The translations under genes were made by a program, and so were the position numbers. A stretch of DNA of 59,571 nucleotides, filler included, from Sphacelaria rigidula (lineage: Eukaryota): assembly GCA_964200075.2 (NCBI GenBank). It is 10 parts of 10 records of this genome, joined end to end, with 100 filler letters (N's around TTAATTAATTAA, not from the genome) between each part and the next. Parts side by side here need not be neighbours in the genome. Positions count along the whole stretch, not along the records: positions 17,905 to 23,771 come from CAXNAA020023861.1; positions 23,872 to 29,738 come from CAXNAA020023862.1; positions 29,839 to 35,705 come from CAXNAA020023863.1; 7 more parts are not named here. One strand, given 5' to 3'. Of this stretch, positions 22,904 through 34,857 are shown in pieces. The notes under the pieces were generated by a model. That model was not told the DNA's origin. It searched no databases and worked only from the letters and a program-made list of their open reading frames with translations. Each line of letters starts with the position of its first letter. Position 1 is the stretch's first letter.

Positions 22904-23871
22904 TACACGTAGAATCCCACAAAAACGGACATCATGACCTTCACCGAGGGTGAAGTGCCCCAGAAATGCCAACGAAACACTAGTCGTGCCTACCGGGAGC
23001 CCATCGCGTTGCAAGTAGACCTCCCCAAACGAGCTCACCCTCCTCGCGTGCAACCTCGATTTTGGCTACTAGGTGAACATTTTAGCCGAAAAAGTGCAAC
23101 CCTATCGTAGCACGACTCGATCATATGAAAACAAATTAACCCTACTCCCTACTGTATAAATTTCTTCGTATCTACAGCACACCCAGACGCGAGTATCATC
23201 AGCTGTACACGCGGTCGGTTTGACGCGATAGCGCCCACTTGTACAAAGCAAGTGCGGCACCTCCAAATAAGATCGCCTTCACGCAACTGTAGAGTGCTAC
23301 ACATTACTTACTGCACCATGTGCCAAAACGGGTCTAACCTCTAAGCGTGAGTTAGTTTGATGGCGACGTCACCTCGATAAGCAGGTCACACACGACTTCA
23401 CTTTGCACAGATACACCAGAGGCTTGTCCTCACCTGATCGCGGTATTTCTTCGCAGACATCGAACCCTATTTGGCCATCACGTCTCCCAGCACAGATCAA
23501 CATGAGCTGCGGCCGCCTTTACGAGCGCGTCACCCTTCACACTAGCGTCCAGCCCTGGGATCGACCCATTGTGTAGCGCCGCCTCGCGCCGACAGTCGCT
23601 GCAGCCTGGTGAGCGAACTCTCGAGGATGGTGTGCGAAGTGTACGCAAACCTCCGATATCTGGTCCGCAATAGCAGTCACATCTCCGTAGACGTGGGCGT
23701 CAACCGCAATGCGCACTGGACGGATACTCGTGGTGGGGGCTCGCGTGCAGCGCCATTACGTTGTATACGAGNNNNNNNNNNNNNNNNNNNNNNNNNNNNN
23801 NNNNNNNNNNNNNNNTTAATTAATTAANNNNNNNNNNNNNNNNNNNNNNNNNNNNNNNNNNNNNNNNNNNN

Positions 23872-24345
23872 CTACCAACCCGTAGCTCATCAGTCCATAT
23901 TCGCCCTGGGGCTCACCGGCTCATGTTCGCCCTGGGTGAGCTATGAGAGCTGCATGAGCTACGCACGTTTGCCCTGGGTGAGCTACCAACCCGTATTTCA
24001 TCCAGTCATATTCGCCCTGGGTGAGCTATGAGAACTGCATGAGATACGCACGTTTGCCATAGGTGAGCTACCAACCCGTGGCTCATCAACTCATACTCGC
24101 CTTGAGCGAGCTATGAGAGCTGTATGAGCTACGCATGTGGCACCCGTAGCTCATCAACTCATATTCGCCGTGGGTGAGCTATGAGAGCTGCATGAGCTAC
24201 GCATGTTTGTTCTAGGTGAGCTACCAACCCATATAGCTCATCAGGGCTCGTTTACCTTGGGTGAGCTATCGGACGTAGCTCGCAGGTATACACTTGACTA
24301 CAAGTGAGCTGTAGCTCGCAGATGAGCTAGCTCATAAGCTGTCCG
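23872..24345. repeat. AGCT-rich tandem repeat, ~85-bp unit
   Basis: GAGCTATGAGAGCTGCATGAGCTACGCA at ~23938, 24023, 24108 and 24175, alternating with GAGCTACCAACCCGTAGCTCATC. Confidence 0.9.
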
Positions 24346-25227
24346 ACGTGTGCAACGTAGACGTGGCCACGGTTTGAAAAATAGCACAATTGCGCACAAG
24401 CTTCGATGGATCCAGAGCTCACCAGGACTATCGGTTCGGTGCAGCTGACGACATGACATGCCATACACGTGCCAGTAGAGTTCAGCAAGCAAAGTTGGAA
24501 GCGTGCTCACCCTCTTCAAATGTTGTGCGGTACATGCCGACCAAAACGAAACGTTCGACCCCGAGCTACGGGTATCACCGTATACACAAGGGAGACAGCA
24601 ACACAAGCAACACACATACATGGGGGAAAGACAGCACGTGTGCTGTATGTAGCACACACCGAGATGCAGCCGTGGCAGAGCGGGAATATATTGATATATG
24701 TGTCATTGTTGATAACAATAACAAACTCGGACACATTGGGGCGAAAAACAACAGAATCCCCGTGGACCGGTTGCGCTAGGAGCGTCCTGTCTTGCCCCTC
24801 AACTACACACCTTCAGTCCCGACATTTTCGACATGGTCTTCTTCTGCCTCACCGTCCAGCACCATAAAGTCGTGATCATGCTCTCCCGATATCACCTGAT
24901 TCAATCCCAGTTGACGGAGGTGGAGCCGGTCAGGGGGTTGAACAGCTCGTAGCGACCGGTGACCAAGCCATGAAAATTCGAGTGGAGCGACATTATACGT
25001 ACATCGTGTTAGTACATCGCCATGTTGAAACTTAGGAAAATGCAGGCTTGTGTATGGTTATGATATTACTTCACCACAAGAGACTATTCATCCTTGAGCC
25101 CCCATCTTTCCCACGCACGAATATCTCAACAGCCGCGAATGCACCCTCCGTACGTGGTGTGTAGGCTGGTTCATGCTCATCACCCAAAATTCAATTATCC
25201 CTGATTGTTCACGCCGATTCTTGGAGT

Positions 25228-26160
25228 TTAACTCCGGAATTTTGCACACATGAATACAATGAAATTGATGAATGAAGTCTTTCTATTCCCTGCTTCCCAT
25301 GTATCAGGAGTCCCAGAGTCCTGGGGAACCGCATGTCTTTCTTGGGCCATCGATAAATGGTGAGAGAATAATGTCGAAAGACCCCATTCACACAAAGTTT
25401 TGTAGTGTCCCATGATAAATGTGTGCAACGTTTATGAGTCCAACAACTCTTGTGCGAGAGGTGGACTTGAAACGCGCAGATTCCTAACTACTTTATTTTA
25501 GTGTGAGAACGTACTTTATGGGTATGTTCAACCCTGATGCGAGAAAAAAGTCTTCGAGTTTCGTAACCAAACTTTTTGCATACGTTCCTGGAACTACCCC
25601 GGAGCACATGATTTCATTCTCTTTTATTTCGAAGCATTTAATACGTGGATATTGAGTGGAAATTAGGTTGGGAACCCTTAATTTTCAATTTCAGAAGAAA
25701 ATTGAAGGGTGCTGATTGGTCGGGGTACCTTGTGGCCCTTAGCGACATCACCGTGGCCTTGAAACAAAATTCCGGCTTTCTCGCCCTCTTCGTTTGTCCA
25801 TTGCAGTCATTACCATACCATGTACGCGACTATTGGGCAGGTACTGCGCAAGGCGCTTGTTGACTGGTGAATTTGTTTGGGTGGTGGGCGTGAATCAGTC
25901 TGTGTACCTACCTGCCCTCCGACTGAACCAGAAGATGCAAGAGCCCCCGTAGACACGGTTCTTCCAATCGCCGACAAAGTTCTGCCACTGGTACTGCTGC
26001 CGCCGGCGCCACTAGTATCGGCGCTGTGCGCGGTGGCCACGACTCCTCCGGCGCTCCAGATTTCCCGCCTGAGCTCCGCCATCATGTCTGCGCGACGGGC
26101 CGAGTTCAACCCGAAGCACGCGACGTGAAGGACAGCCAGGGTCGGAGTTTCCCACACCAC
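25228..26160 (-). pseudogene. Degenerate multi-exon ORF of unknown function
   Basis: Phase-compatible AG/GT exons at 26160-25912 (83 codons, VVWETPTLAVLHVACFGLNSARRADMMAELRREIW...) and 25829-25729. A third segment (~25480-25228) contains an in-frame stop. No family recognised. Confidence 0.35.
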
Positions 26161-26259
26161 CTGCGGTACAGGAGATAACCAGAAGAGAGAACTCTTTTCC
26201 ATGAAAACGTACAATTTTATTACTCAACCTGACAGTACTCCACACCCTGGTCAACACAA

Positions 26260-27019
26260 CATGTAATATATGTTGCACGCTCAATATGTCGACGCGTCGG
26301 GTGGTCAATATATATTGGGCGAGCAATATGATGGCACGAGAGACGGGCAATATATATATATATATATATATTGTGCCATCAATATTGCGAGGCTCACGAC
26401 ATGCAATATATATCGACCGAACAATATGTCACGACACGCGCCATCTCAGTTCATATATATTGGCCGAGTAATGTGTTGGTGCGGAAAGGTGTCAAAATAT
26501 ATTTGTCGAGTAATATATTGGCCGCCACACGGTTCAGTTGGTAACCTCGAAACCTCCTGACGCTTGGGTCGTGGGTTCCAATCTCGGAGCGATCTGGGAT
26601 TTTGTCTTTTTTTCTCACACAATGTGCAACAGTGGAGAGCGATCGTGTCGTGGGTACACAAAATTCGACTTGATGGTCGACAAGGAAAAGAGACTGCTGA
26701 ATCCTTCTCGCGATGAGATATAAAAGGCAAGCACCGCAGAAGGGAAGGTGGAGAATGAAAACAAAAAAAGAAAAACGCCTGTGTTGGCCTTCGTCCTGTG
26801 TGACCCCGGTTGGTGCACCCACATATACCGAAAGGTGTATACCGGCGTCCAGAATAGATGGGACAACACACACGAGGTCAATATATATTGACGAGTCAAT
26901 GTGCTCAACACCCGAAGCGCCAATATATTTTGCCAGCCCAATATGTCGTGCGTCAATGCGTCCAATATATATTGGGCGGACAATACACGAGGGTACCGAC
27001 GGTCACAATGCATACTGGC

Positions 27020-27058
<39 letters not shown>

Positions 27059-27060
27059 CA
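26260..27060. repeat. Array of the palindromic CAATATATATTG motif with (TA)n expansions, split by a SINE
   Basis: The motif or close variants recur about 8 times (e.g. 26306, 26348, 26879, 26921, 26963). (TA)n at ~26350-26371 and ~27021-27055. Confidence 0.75.
26521..26873 (+). mobile_element. SINE family A copy
   Basis: GGTTCAGTTGGTAACCTCGAAACC...GGGTTCCAATCTCGGAGCGATCTGGG through GATGGGACAACACACAC, collinear with 14598-14967. Confidence 0.85.
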
Positions 27061-27190
27061 ACCAAGATTGCGAGTGAACGCTCCCGTGCAAGCGGGACAA
27101 TAAGACCTACTCTCAAAACAGTACACTTCACAAACCCCTTGAGCTCGACGTCACCCTGCGACATTTTTCATTTTCGAAACCTTGATGAGA

Positions 27191-28765
27191 TAGTGCAATG
27201 TTTTTCCATCACCGTTCACCTTCGACGAGGGCGAGATTCGACCTTCGACTTAAGCAGTCAGTGCCTGGAAGTAAGCGCGTAATAGGCAATACGCGGAACC
27301 CCTATGGTGGATCTGATACTTTCATTCTGAAAAACGGAAACTTGATAGACAAACACGATCAATACAGGAGACGCCAGAACGCAACAAGAGCGTCTCTGTT
27401 CCCTTCGGGCTAGAGTTTTCTTTCGATCATGTCGCTGTTCATGTCTAATATGTGTGACTGTATTGCGCAAAACACATCATAATAACGTGAGGTTATCAGG
27501 TAGTGCAACGCTTTCTCCACCACCGTTCACCTATTTGTTGTTGCCTATTTGTAGATTTCCGCGCGGTGCTTTTCGTCGGCCTTTCTGTGTTTCTTAGATC
27601 CGATAACCCGGGGTTCGGGGTTCGGTGAATTTAACAGCCGATTTGCCGCGGTTCGGTGAATTATGGAACCGAATCTTTTTGTCTCCGTCCTGGGGTGAGG
27701 GGATCTGAGGAAATGTACGAAAATAATGGTTGGTACTATGGAGGTGCCGCCAACCCTAACCCTAAAGCTAACCCTACCCCTAACTCCGACCAAGGCATAC
27801 CAAAACCCCTCGGGCAAGGGGGGTGCGGAGCGTTCCGTAGTCAAAGTGTGCGTTGCCAGAGCTCAAATCGACGCCTTTCAGCCGATTTTGGACCAAAACA
27901 CGTTCTGGACGAGCTGGGTCTACTGCTCACCACCGCTCACCTGCCCCAGACGATAAATTTCCTCAAAACGTTTTTCAGTCTGAACTAAAAAAAATCGAGT
28001 GCCAACCATTTTTTACGTACATTTCGTAAGGTCTACTTCCTGGAGTTCGGGGCTCGGTGCATTTCACGGCCGATTTGCTCCATCACCGTTCACCTTCGAC
28101 GAGGGCGAGATTCGACCTTCGCCCCAAGCTGTCAGTGCCTGAAAGTATGCGCGTAATTTGCAATACGCGGACCCCTGATGGTGGATCTGACACTTTCATT
28201 ATGAAGAACGGAAATTTAATTATGAAAAACTGAATTTTCAATTTTACATGCGAGTCATGCTACGGTAGGGGTGCAATTTTTTTGGCGAAACTGTTTCTCG
28301 GGGTGTTGCACGGGTCGTTCTGAGAATCGGCATGATTTGTACTTGAAAAAGACTGAAAATGATGCCGATCCACGAAAAGGCTCCTGCGTACATCTCCATG
28401 TCGCGTCCCCGGGTATTTGGATTGCACAGTAAGCCCCATATATTTGGGCTCCTACAAAAAAAGTGACCCAGGAACATTGAGTGTAACCCCTATCGTAGCA
28501 TGGCTCATGCATTCCCGATAAATACAGGAGTCACCAGAACGCAAGAAGAGCCTCTCTGTTCCCTTCGGGCTAGAATTTTCTTTCGACCATGTCGCCGAAT
28601 ATGTCTAATAATATGTGTGACTGTACCGCGCAAAACTTGAAATAACGTGAGGTTGATCAGGTAGTGCAATGTTTTTCATCACCGTTCAACTATTACTATT
28701 TGCTGTTGCCTGTTTGTAGACTTCCGCACCGCGGTTTTTTTTTCGGCCTTCCTGTGTGTTTTAAG
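27191..28765. repeat. Local direct duplication of ~390 bp
   Basis: 27206-27595 aligns with 28080-28765. The second copy carries the extra MITE 28252-28506. Confidence 0.85.
28252..28506. mobile_element. Sola2-like MITE (255 bp)
   Basis: GAGTCATGCTACGGTAGGGGTGCA ... TGTAACCCCTATCGTAGCATGGCTC. Exact 4-bp TSD ATGC at 28248-28251 and 28507-28510. Absent from the paralogous segment near 27340. Confidence 0.85.
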
Positions 28766-28980
28766 TGCGATTTCTCAATGGACATCCTCGATTGAACTTT
28801 CTTCGTGCATTGTTGGTGTACAGGTAGAGGTTGATACGCAAATTTTGAGGGACATTTCACCTTGCATTTTGTACACAAATACATTGCTCCTTCGCAAGCA
28901 AGATACATACTGGGAGTGCGACACAGGTTGTTTCGCGAAGATTTCCTGGTGGGGCCTTTGCTTTTACCAACGTTTTATTG

Positions 28981-29240
28981 AGGGCAGAGCGCTGCTTGAG
29001 AGCGGCTTTGATCATTCGCTTCAAGTTAGCCATTTCTTCATTCCGTGTGTGCTTTCCTTTGCCTCCATTACTGGCCCGTGCTCACAGCTAAACCTCGAGT
29101 TCCTACTCAAGGGTATCAAGGGCTTCAGCGGCAAGCTACTACAGAAGGCATACAAGGCCTCGTGAAGGGGCATTTCGGAATTGAAACGATTCATTCACTA
29201 ATTGACCGCTTTCCACTCTCAATCGTATCCTCTACCCTCA
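28981..29240 (+). repeat. Dispersed repeat family
   Basis: GCGCTG..GAGAGYGGCTTTG.TCATTCGCTT...TTCATTCCGTGTGTGCTTTCC also occurs at 48020-48120 and, more diverged, at 48165-48255 and 29540-29600. CACTCTCAATCGTATC.TCTAC.CTCAAT also occurs at 11959 and 49301. Confidence 0.8.
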
Positions 29241-30492
29241 ATATCACGGAAACGCTGTTTTTCCCGCCTTGACTTTGTGCAGTTGATGCAAGCAGTTTTG
29301 TTTTGGTAAAACGTCTTCCCATCAGACGTTTTTCTCGCGGGGGGATTTCGTCCATGTGGTTCGTCATCACCTCAGTACATGAAGTCGCGCCCTTTCTTGT
29401 TTTTTCATCTAAGAAATATAGCTTCTTTCGGTAAATATCGGATGTTGAATATGTATATGTCGCAGCGAATTGCAGTCAAGTGAACAAATATTTTAGCTTT
29501 TTTTCTTCAGAACGCATTGAACAACGTGTTCATGAGATTGAGAGCGGGTTTCATCATTCCGTTCAAGTTGGCCATTCTCCCATTCCGTGTGTGCTATTTT
29601 TGCCTGTATTACTGGCATGTGCCTAGACCTACACGTCGATATCCTTCTCAGGGATATCAAGGGCTGACACTTTCTACGATAGCCCCCCCCCCAAAACCAG
29701 CTAAAAGTGTCACGAAAAAAATGGCCATACAGCGCCTGNNNNNNNNNNNNNNNNNNNNNNNNNNNNNNNNNNNNNNNNNNNNTTAATTAATTAANNNNNN
29801 NNNNNNNNNNNNNNNNNNNNNNNNNNNNNNNNNNNNNNCCCATGCATTATCCATACCAAATTTCAGGATCTGAATCCAAATATTGGTCGGCGCATCCGCC
29901 TGCAAACGTCCATGCAGCCTCTAGGCTGGCCCAGCTCGTACTGTAGTTGCTGTCTGAATGAACATGACAGCATCGAGACGTCATGTCGAAAAGATGAACA
30001 AGTTGCCTTCACGACACATATTGCGCGTGGTGTTCTCGGGGACAGTGTGGCGGCAATATTTACTGCTCATGCCATCGTCGTGATCGGCGTGTTGTAGCCA
30101 CCCTGCTGAAGGCTACAGTGGACAACAATCTCCCTCCAGTGACGTAATTTTCAGCCTCGACAACCGACAAGAATACAACGCTAGGGGCGACACTCACGGC
30201 GGGAAACATACAGCGTGGTTGTCCATGCACGCGAGTTTTCCGCATTCGAGTCTTTCCCGCTGAGAAAGTTGATGCTGGATATTTTGCTGCTCCTAGCCAT
30301 GGGCTAATGTTGCAGTCAGCTAACGTGAGATAATCGATTTATCAATGTGCTGTCGGGGGTGTTATCTATCGTAGTCTCCAGGCCATGTCACGCATGTTCA
30401 TCATACAGACTGGGACACACCAGTGAATTGCAATAGAGTGCAGGGGTGCTGCGTGCATCTACAACCGATACATATAATATATACATGCATAC

Positions 30493-30609
30493 CTTGAGCT
30501 GAACTAGGGGAGACTGAGTGTCGCCATCAACTAGCAGTGCCGAGAGCTGGGTAAGTTGATTCTCTAGGGACTCCAGCTGCTGCCTCAAAGCATCCTCCTC
30601 GTCTCCCAT
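30493..30609 (-). CDS. First coding exon, SPF30(SMNDC1)/ZGPAT-like N-terminal helix, partial gene
   Basis: MGDEEDALRQQLESLENQLTQLSALLVDGDTQSPLVQLK followed by the donor AAG|GTATGC. It resembles the L..QL..Y..QL.QV..AL......L.QL motif that opens SPF30 and ZGPAT. Possible 5'UTR intron at ~30714-30633. Confidence 0.55.
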
Positions 30610-31231
30610 CTCTGTACGCTGAATCTCTTGCCCTGTTGCAACACTGCACACGGTACACTGTCCGTGGACAAATAGCTGTTCCCGGCAGCAGCTCACACAA
30701 ACAGACAGATTACCTCAGGACCTGCTGCCTGAACGAACGCTACGTTCTCGGGTAAGGTTGTGGCCCGAACCCGAGATCTCCATAATTAAAAAAAAAAGTG
30801 GAGAAAAAAAAACGGGAATAATGTACGGAGCTTTCAGGGTCCAGGAATCTTTCTTTCGGGGATGCCAGTTACACGGGGTCATCGGCGGGTGTGGGTTGGT
30901 CCGCGACTGTTTTTACAGGTAATTCAGGGTCATGTCCTTCACTAACAAGTTTCCTTCAGTTCACGATCCGACAAATACCCCCCTTCTCACAATATCTTGA
31001 CTTTCCAAGACACGAAGCAACGAAGCCACTTTGGTGTGCTGCTCTCGTGAGCGGCGGCATCACTCAAGTACAGAGTGAGAGCCGTAACTGCTGGCATAAT
31101 CATCGAGTGTCACTGTAACAACCCAACGCTCATTGTATTTCGTAGATCACGCGAGGTGTGGTGTGTAACGGGCCGGCGTAACCGCCGGAGCAACATAAAA
31201 AATGCGATGGCGAATCGAGGCGAGTGGGAAG

Positions 31232-34200
31232 ATGGGGGCGACGAGACTTATTTCAGCACTTGCCACCATCCTGTTGTTATCAAGAGCAACAATGGCTAGG
31301 ATGAGGACAGAAGTTTCAGGAAACGAGGGGTTAGCGGCAACATCGCCAACAGTGCTTCGACGAACACCTCTTGGGGTACCCGGCGAGGCGGCTGTGCGAA
31401 GGTTACAGAACGAAGAGGGAATCGAGGAGTGCACTGATGAGACTTCGGTGGGGGATGCGGAATCCGGGATTGCCATTTACTACGATGAGGAGGCTTGCGA
31501 TCGGGTGGACCCTCAAGTTGGCTGCAACGGTGAGTTGCTGTTTATGTGTCGAGGATGTAGTTTCAAGATGGTTTGGTGTCGCTGCGGCGGCAGCGTCATG
31601 TGTTGGTGCTATATGACCGTGCATGCGGATTGTATCCTGGAAGTATCTCAAAATTGGAATTCCGCCTCTTGCGCTCTAGAATGATACCTTCGACGTCGTT
31701 GGCCTCCAGCGGTTCAGCTAAATTCATGCATGTGGCGTATCGCACCACAAAAAGTAAAATATGCCGTGCTGACATCGTCGAATCACGCCTCATGGCCTAC
31801 GCCTTATGGACTGCTGGCTACGCCAGCTTGCCGGTAGCCGAACTCAACTCTAGCGGTGCCTGACTAGTGCTATCGACAGCTTCCTTGGGGCACGACGGGT
31901 CGCACCATGAACAAAATTGTTGTATCCACATACGAGGATGGGTCGCACCATCAACAAGATTGTTTTATCCACGAACAAGGATAATTGTTGAGTAGGTCGT
32001 ATTATTTTTAAATTGTTTTAAATTCAAGATTGGGCATGTTGCAGAGCATGACCGTTCCTCTGTCATACCCCTTCTCTTGCCCCTCGCCTTCCTCTCTGCC
32101 CCACCGTAACGCTTTCTTCCCTTGCTCCCTGCCTTACAGTGTTGAGAAAGACCAACTGCCGTCTGTGCGTCACCAGCGGTTCCGCCTCGTACTTGCCTCC
32201 CTGTCCTGACTACGTCATCGAGTACATCGAAGAAAAGTACCCGCAAACTGCGGTAACTCCAGCTCCGGCAGTGACTGCAACCCCGGCAGCAACAGATGTT
32301 CCTGCGGCTACCGTGGCACCAGGTGCGACCGCTGCGCCGGCGGCAACTTTGGCACCGGGGTCGACGATTTCCCCAGCAGCGACAGCTTCGCCGGTCACTA
32401 CCCTGTCACCTGGCGCAACTACCGCGCCTGCCGCCACCACGGCACCTGGTGCTACTGTGGCACCTGCGACCACGGCTGCACCAGGTGCCACCACCTCACC
32501 GACATCAACACTTTCTCCAGTCGCCACTCCGGCACCTGGCGTAACCCTGGCTCCTGGAGTCACCCTGTCACCGGATGTGACAGCTGCGCCCGCGGCCACA
32601 GCCACGCCTGGCGCAACCTTCGCTCCTGGAGAGACTCCCGTGCCTGTTGCGACATCAGCACCTGGCGCAACTCTAGCCCCCGGCGCCACTTTGACTCCTG
32701 GCGTGACTTTGGCTCCCGACGCAACCCTTGCCCCTGGAGCGATTACCCCCGCACCTGCGGAGACATCAGCGCCTAGCTCAACCTTGCTGCCGACCTCGGC
32801 GACAGGGTCACCTGGCGGAACCTTCGCTCCTGCAGAGACTCCGGCACCTGCTACGACGTCAGCGCCTGGCGCAACTCTAGCACCCGGCGCGACCTTCGCT
32901 CCTGGAGCCACACCTGCACCTGCGGCAACATCAGCGCCTGGCGCGACTCCGGCACCCGGCGCAACCTTCGCTCCTGGAGCCACTCCCGCGCCCGCGGCGA
33001 CATCAGCGCCTGGCGTAACCTTGGCTCCTGGGGCCACCCTGGCGCCCGGTGCGACACCTGCGCCCGCGACGACAGTGGCCCCTGGTGCGACCCTCGCGCC
33101 TGGGGCGACATCAGCGCCTGGCGCAACTCTGGCACCCGGTGCAACCTTTGCTCCCGGCGCGACGGCCGCACCCGCAACAACGGGGGCCCCTGCCAGCCGC
33201 GGCATAACACAGGCACCGTCCGCTGTACTGACTGTCCCACCTACAGTTGTAGTGACTGTCCCACCTACCGCTGTGCTTCCGACCATCGCTCCGTCTGCTG
33301 CCTCGGTTTCTCCTACTTCTGCGGCCACATCTTCGCCCACGGCAATTCCTTCCTCCGCGCCCACAGCAACACCCTCGGCAGCACCTACGGCGGTACCATC
33401 AGCAGCACCTACGGCGGTACCATCAGCAGCACCTACGGCGGTACCATCAGCAGCACCTACGGCGGTACCCTCAGCAGCACCTACTGCGTCGCCGACGGCA
33501 TCTCCCACGGCTGCGCCAACTGCGATCGATGTCGCCCCGGAACCCGGATCTTTGGGGGGTACTATTATTATCGAGTCCGACGAAGCGCCGGAATGCGAGG
33601 CGGTCAACACCTGTGAGCAGCTGATTGAAGATGCGCTCGAGGAGTCGATTGGTGGGATCATCGACGTGACAGATGTGGAGGTCACAGGAGACATCACCGA
33701 TGGTGCCGCCCGAAGGTTAGTGTTGATGGTAGGGGAGCAAATCCGCCACCTTCGCGGCGGCTACGACGCCAGGGAGAGATATCTGCAACAGGCGGTCAGC
33801 GACACTGGCAACGAGACGGAGATTGACTTCACCACTACGCCCGACAGCACATCGAATCTCACGAGGTCGCAGCAGGCGGCGGAGCAGATTGACATGCTTT
33901 CGGAGAAAGGATTGGCTGCTTTACTAGAGGAGATGGGACTGCCCGCCGACTCCAACGTCACAATCTCGAACCTGGTGTACACGGAAGGTGGGGTTCGTCC
34001 TCTTGGATTTGGGATATGCGCACGCGCGTGATGAAAAAAGGTGGTGAAAAAATTGTAACTTGCGTAATCGTCTGCGATCGCTTTCGTTGGTTCGCCTGTC
34101 GCAAAGGTCGCAAATTTATTTTTGAATCGTTTATCCTCACCTACAGTGGGATCGCCCAGTACGGACGTCATGGATATCCCGAACTCTAGGCTTCTGGAGA

Positions 34201-34857
34201 CAGTTCAGGTGGATGGGGAGGTGTCGAGTTCAGCCTTCATCGGCTTCGCTGTGGTTCTGGTGAGTGGCCGAGTTCGGTTAACGTGGCGAGATCGACGCCG
34301 AGGAGGAGGCCTCCACCCCCCCTTCGTGTCCAGCCGGAAGTTCTCTCGTTTGTAACTGCTTCGTGTACGTGACACTGCGAAAAGATGGCGCCTTGAATGA
34401 TATCCACTTCGTACAACAAATTTGTTTTATAGCTGACAGTCAAATGTATGCACGTGGCCCTCCTTGACGTTGACTTCGACCACAAGCCGGAGTCGCACAA
34501 AACACGTCCCCATCACGTAGTTGCCCAAAATAACACCCCCTGTTGGTGAGCGCCTTGTCTGGTTTTATTAGCCTTCCCTCCTTACTTGTTGCGTGACGTC
34601 AGATTATTCTCGCGCTAGCGTCGGCGCTGTGCCTCCTGTGCTCCTTGTGCTGCATCGACAAAGTTGTGACGGACAAAGAAAAAAAGAAGCGCGCAGAGCA
34701 GGCTCAGGTGGGCGTGCTGAACTTCGGCAAGGGCGGGGGGGACGGAGATGGGGGCGTGTTCAACTTCGGCAAGGGCGGAGAGGAGGGAGATGGCCGAAGT
34801 CAATCGTTCAACACGGCGGTCACCGCGGCTGATGTGAGCACCGTGCCAATGTCATGA
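31232..34857 (+). CDS. Type-I transmembrane mucin/arabinogalactan-protein-like glycoprotein, 837 aa, 4 exons
   Basis: Exons 31232-31529, 32140-33987, 34147-34259 and 34603-34857 total 2514 nt, are all GT-AG and phase-consistent, and have no internal stop. Domain order: signal peptide, Cys-rich module, ~430-aa APGATx / PSAAPTAV repeats, acidic domain, TM AFIGFAVVLIILALASALCLLCSLCCI, basic stop-transfer, and a short tail with 2x NFGKGG. Confidence 0.9.

Noticed and set aside
23880..24250. Hammerhead ribozyme (CTGATGAG on minus strand)
   Set aside because: No stem II/GAAA core follows. The motif is part of the AGCT-rich tandem repeat.
27752..27786. Telomere
   Set aside because: Only ~5 degenerate CCCTAA units, internal to the contig.
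32210..33697. 495-aa minus-strand Gly/Ala/Val-rich ORF
   Set aside because: Antisense shadow of the GC-rich repeat exon. The plus strand has the signal peptide, splice sites and TM.
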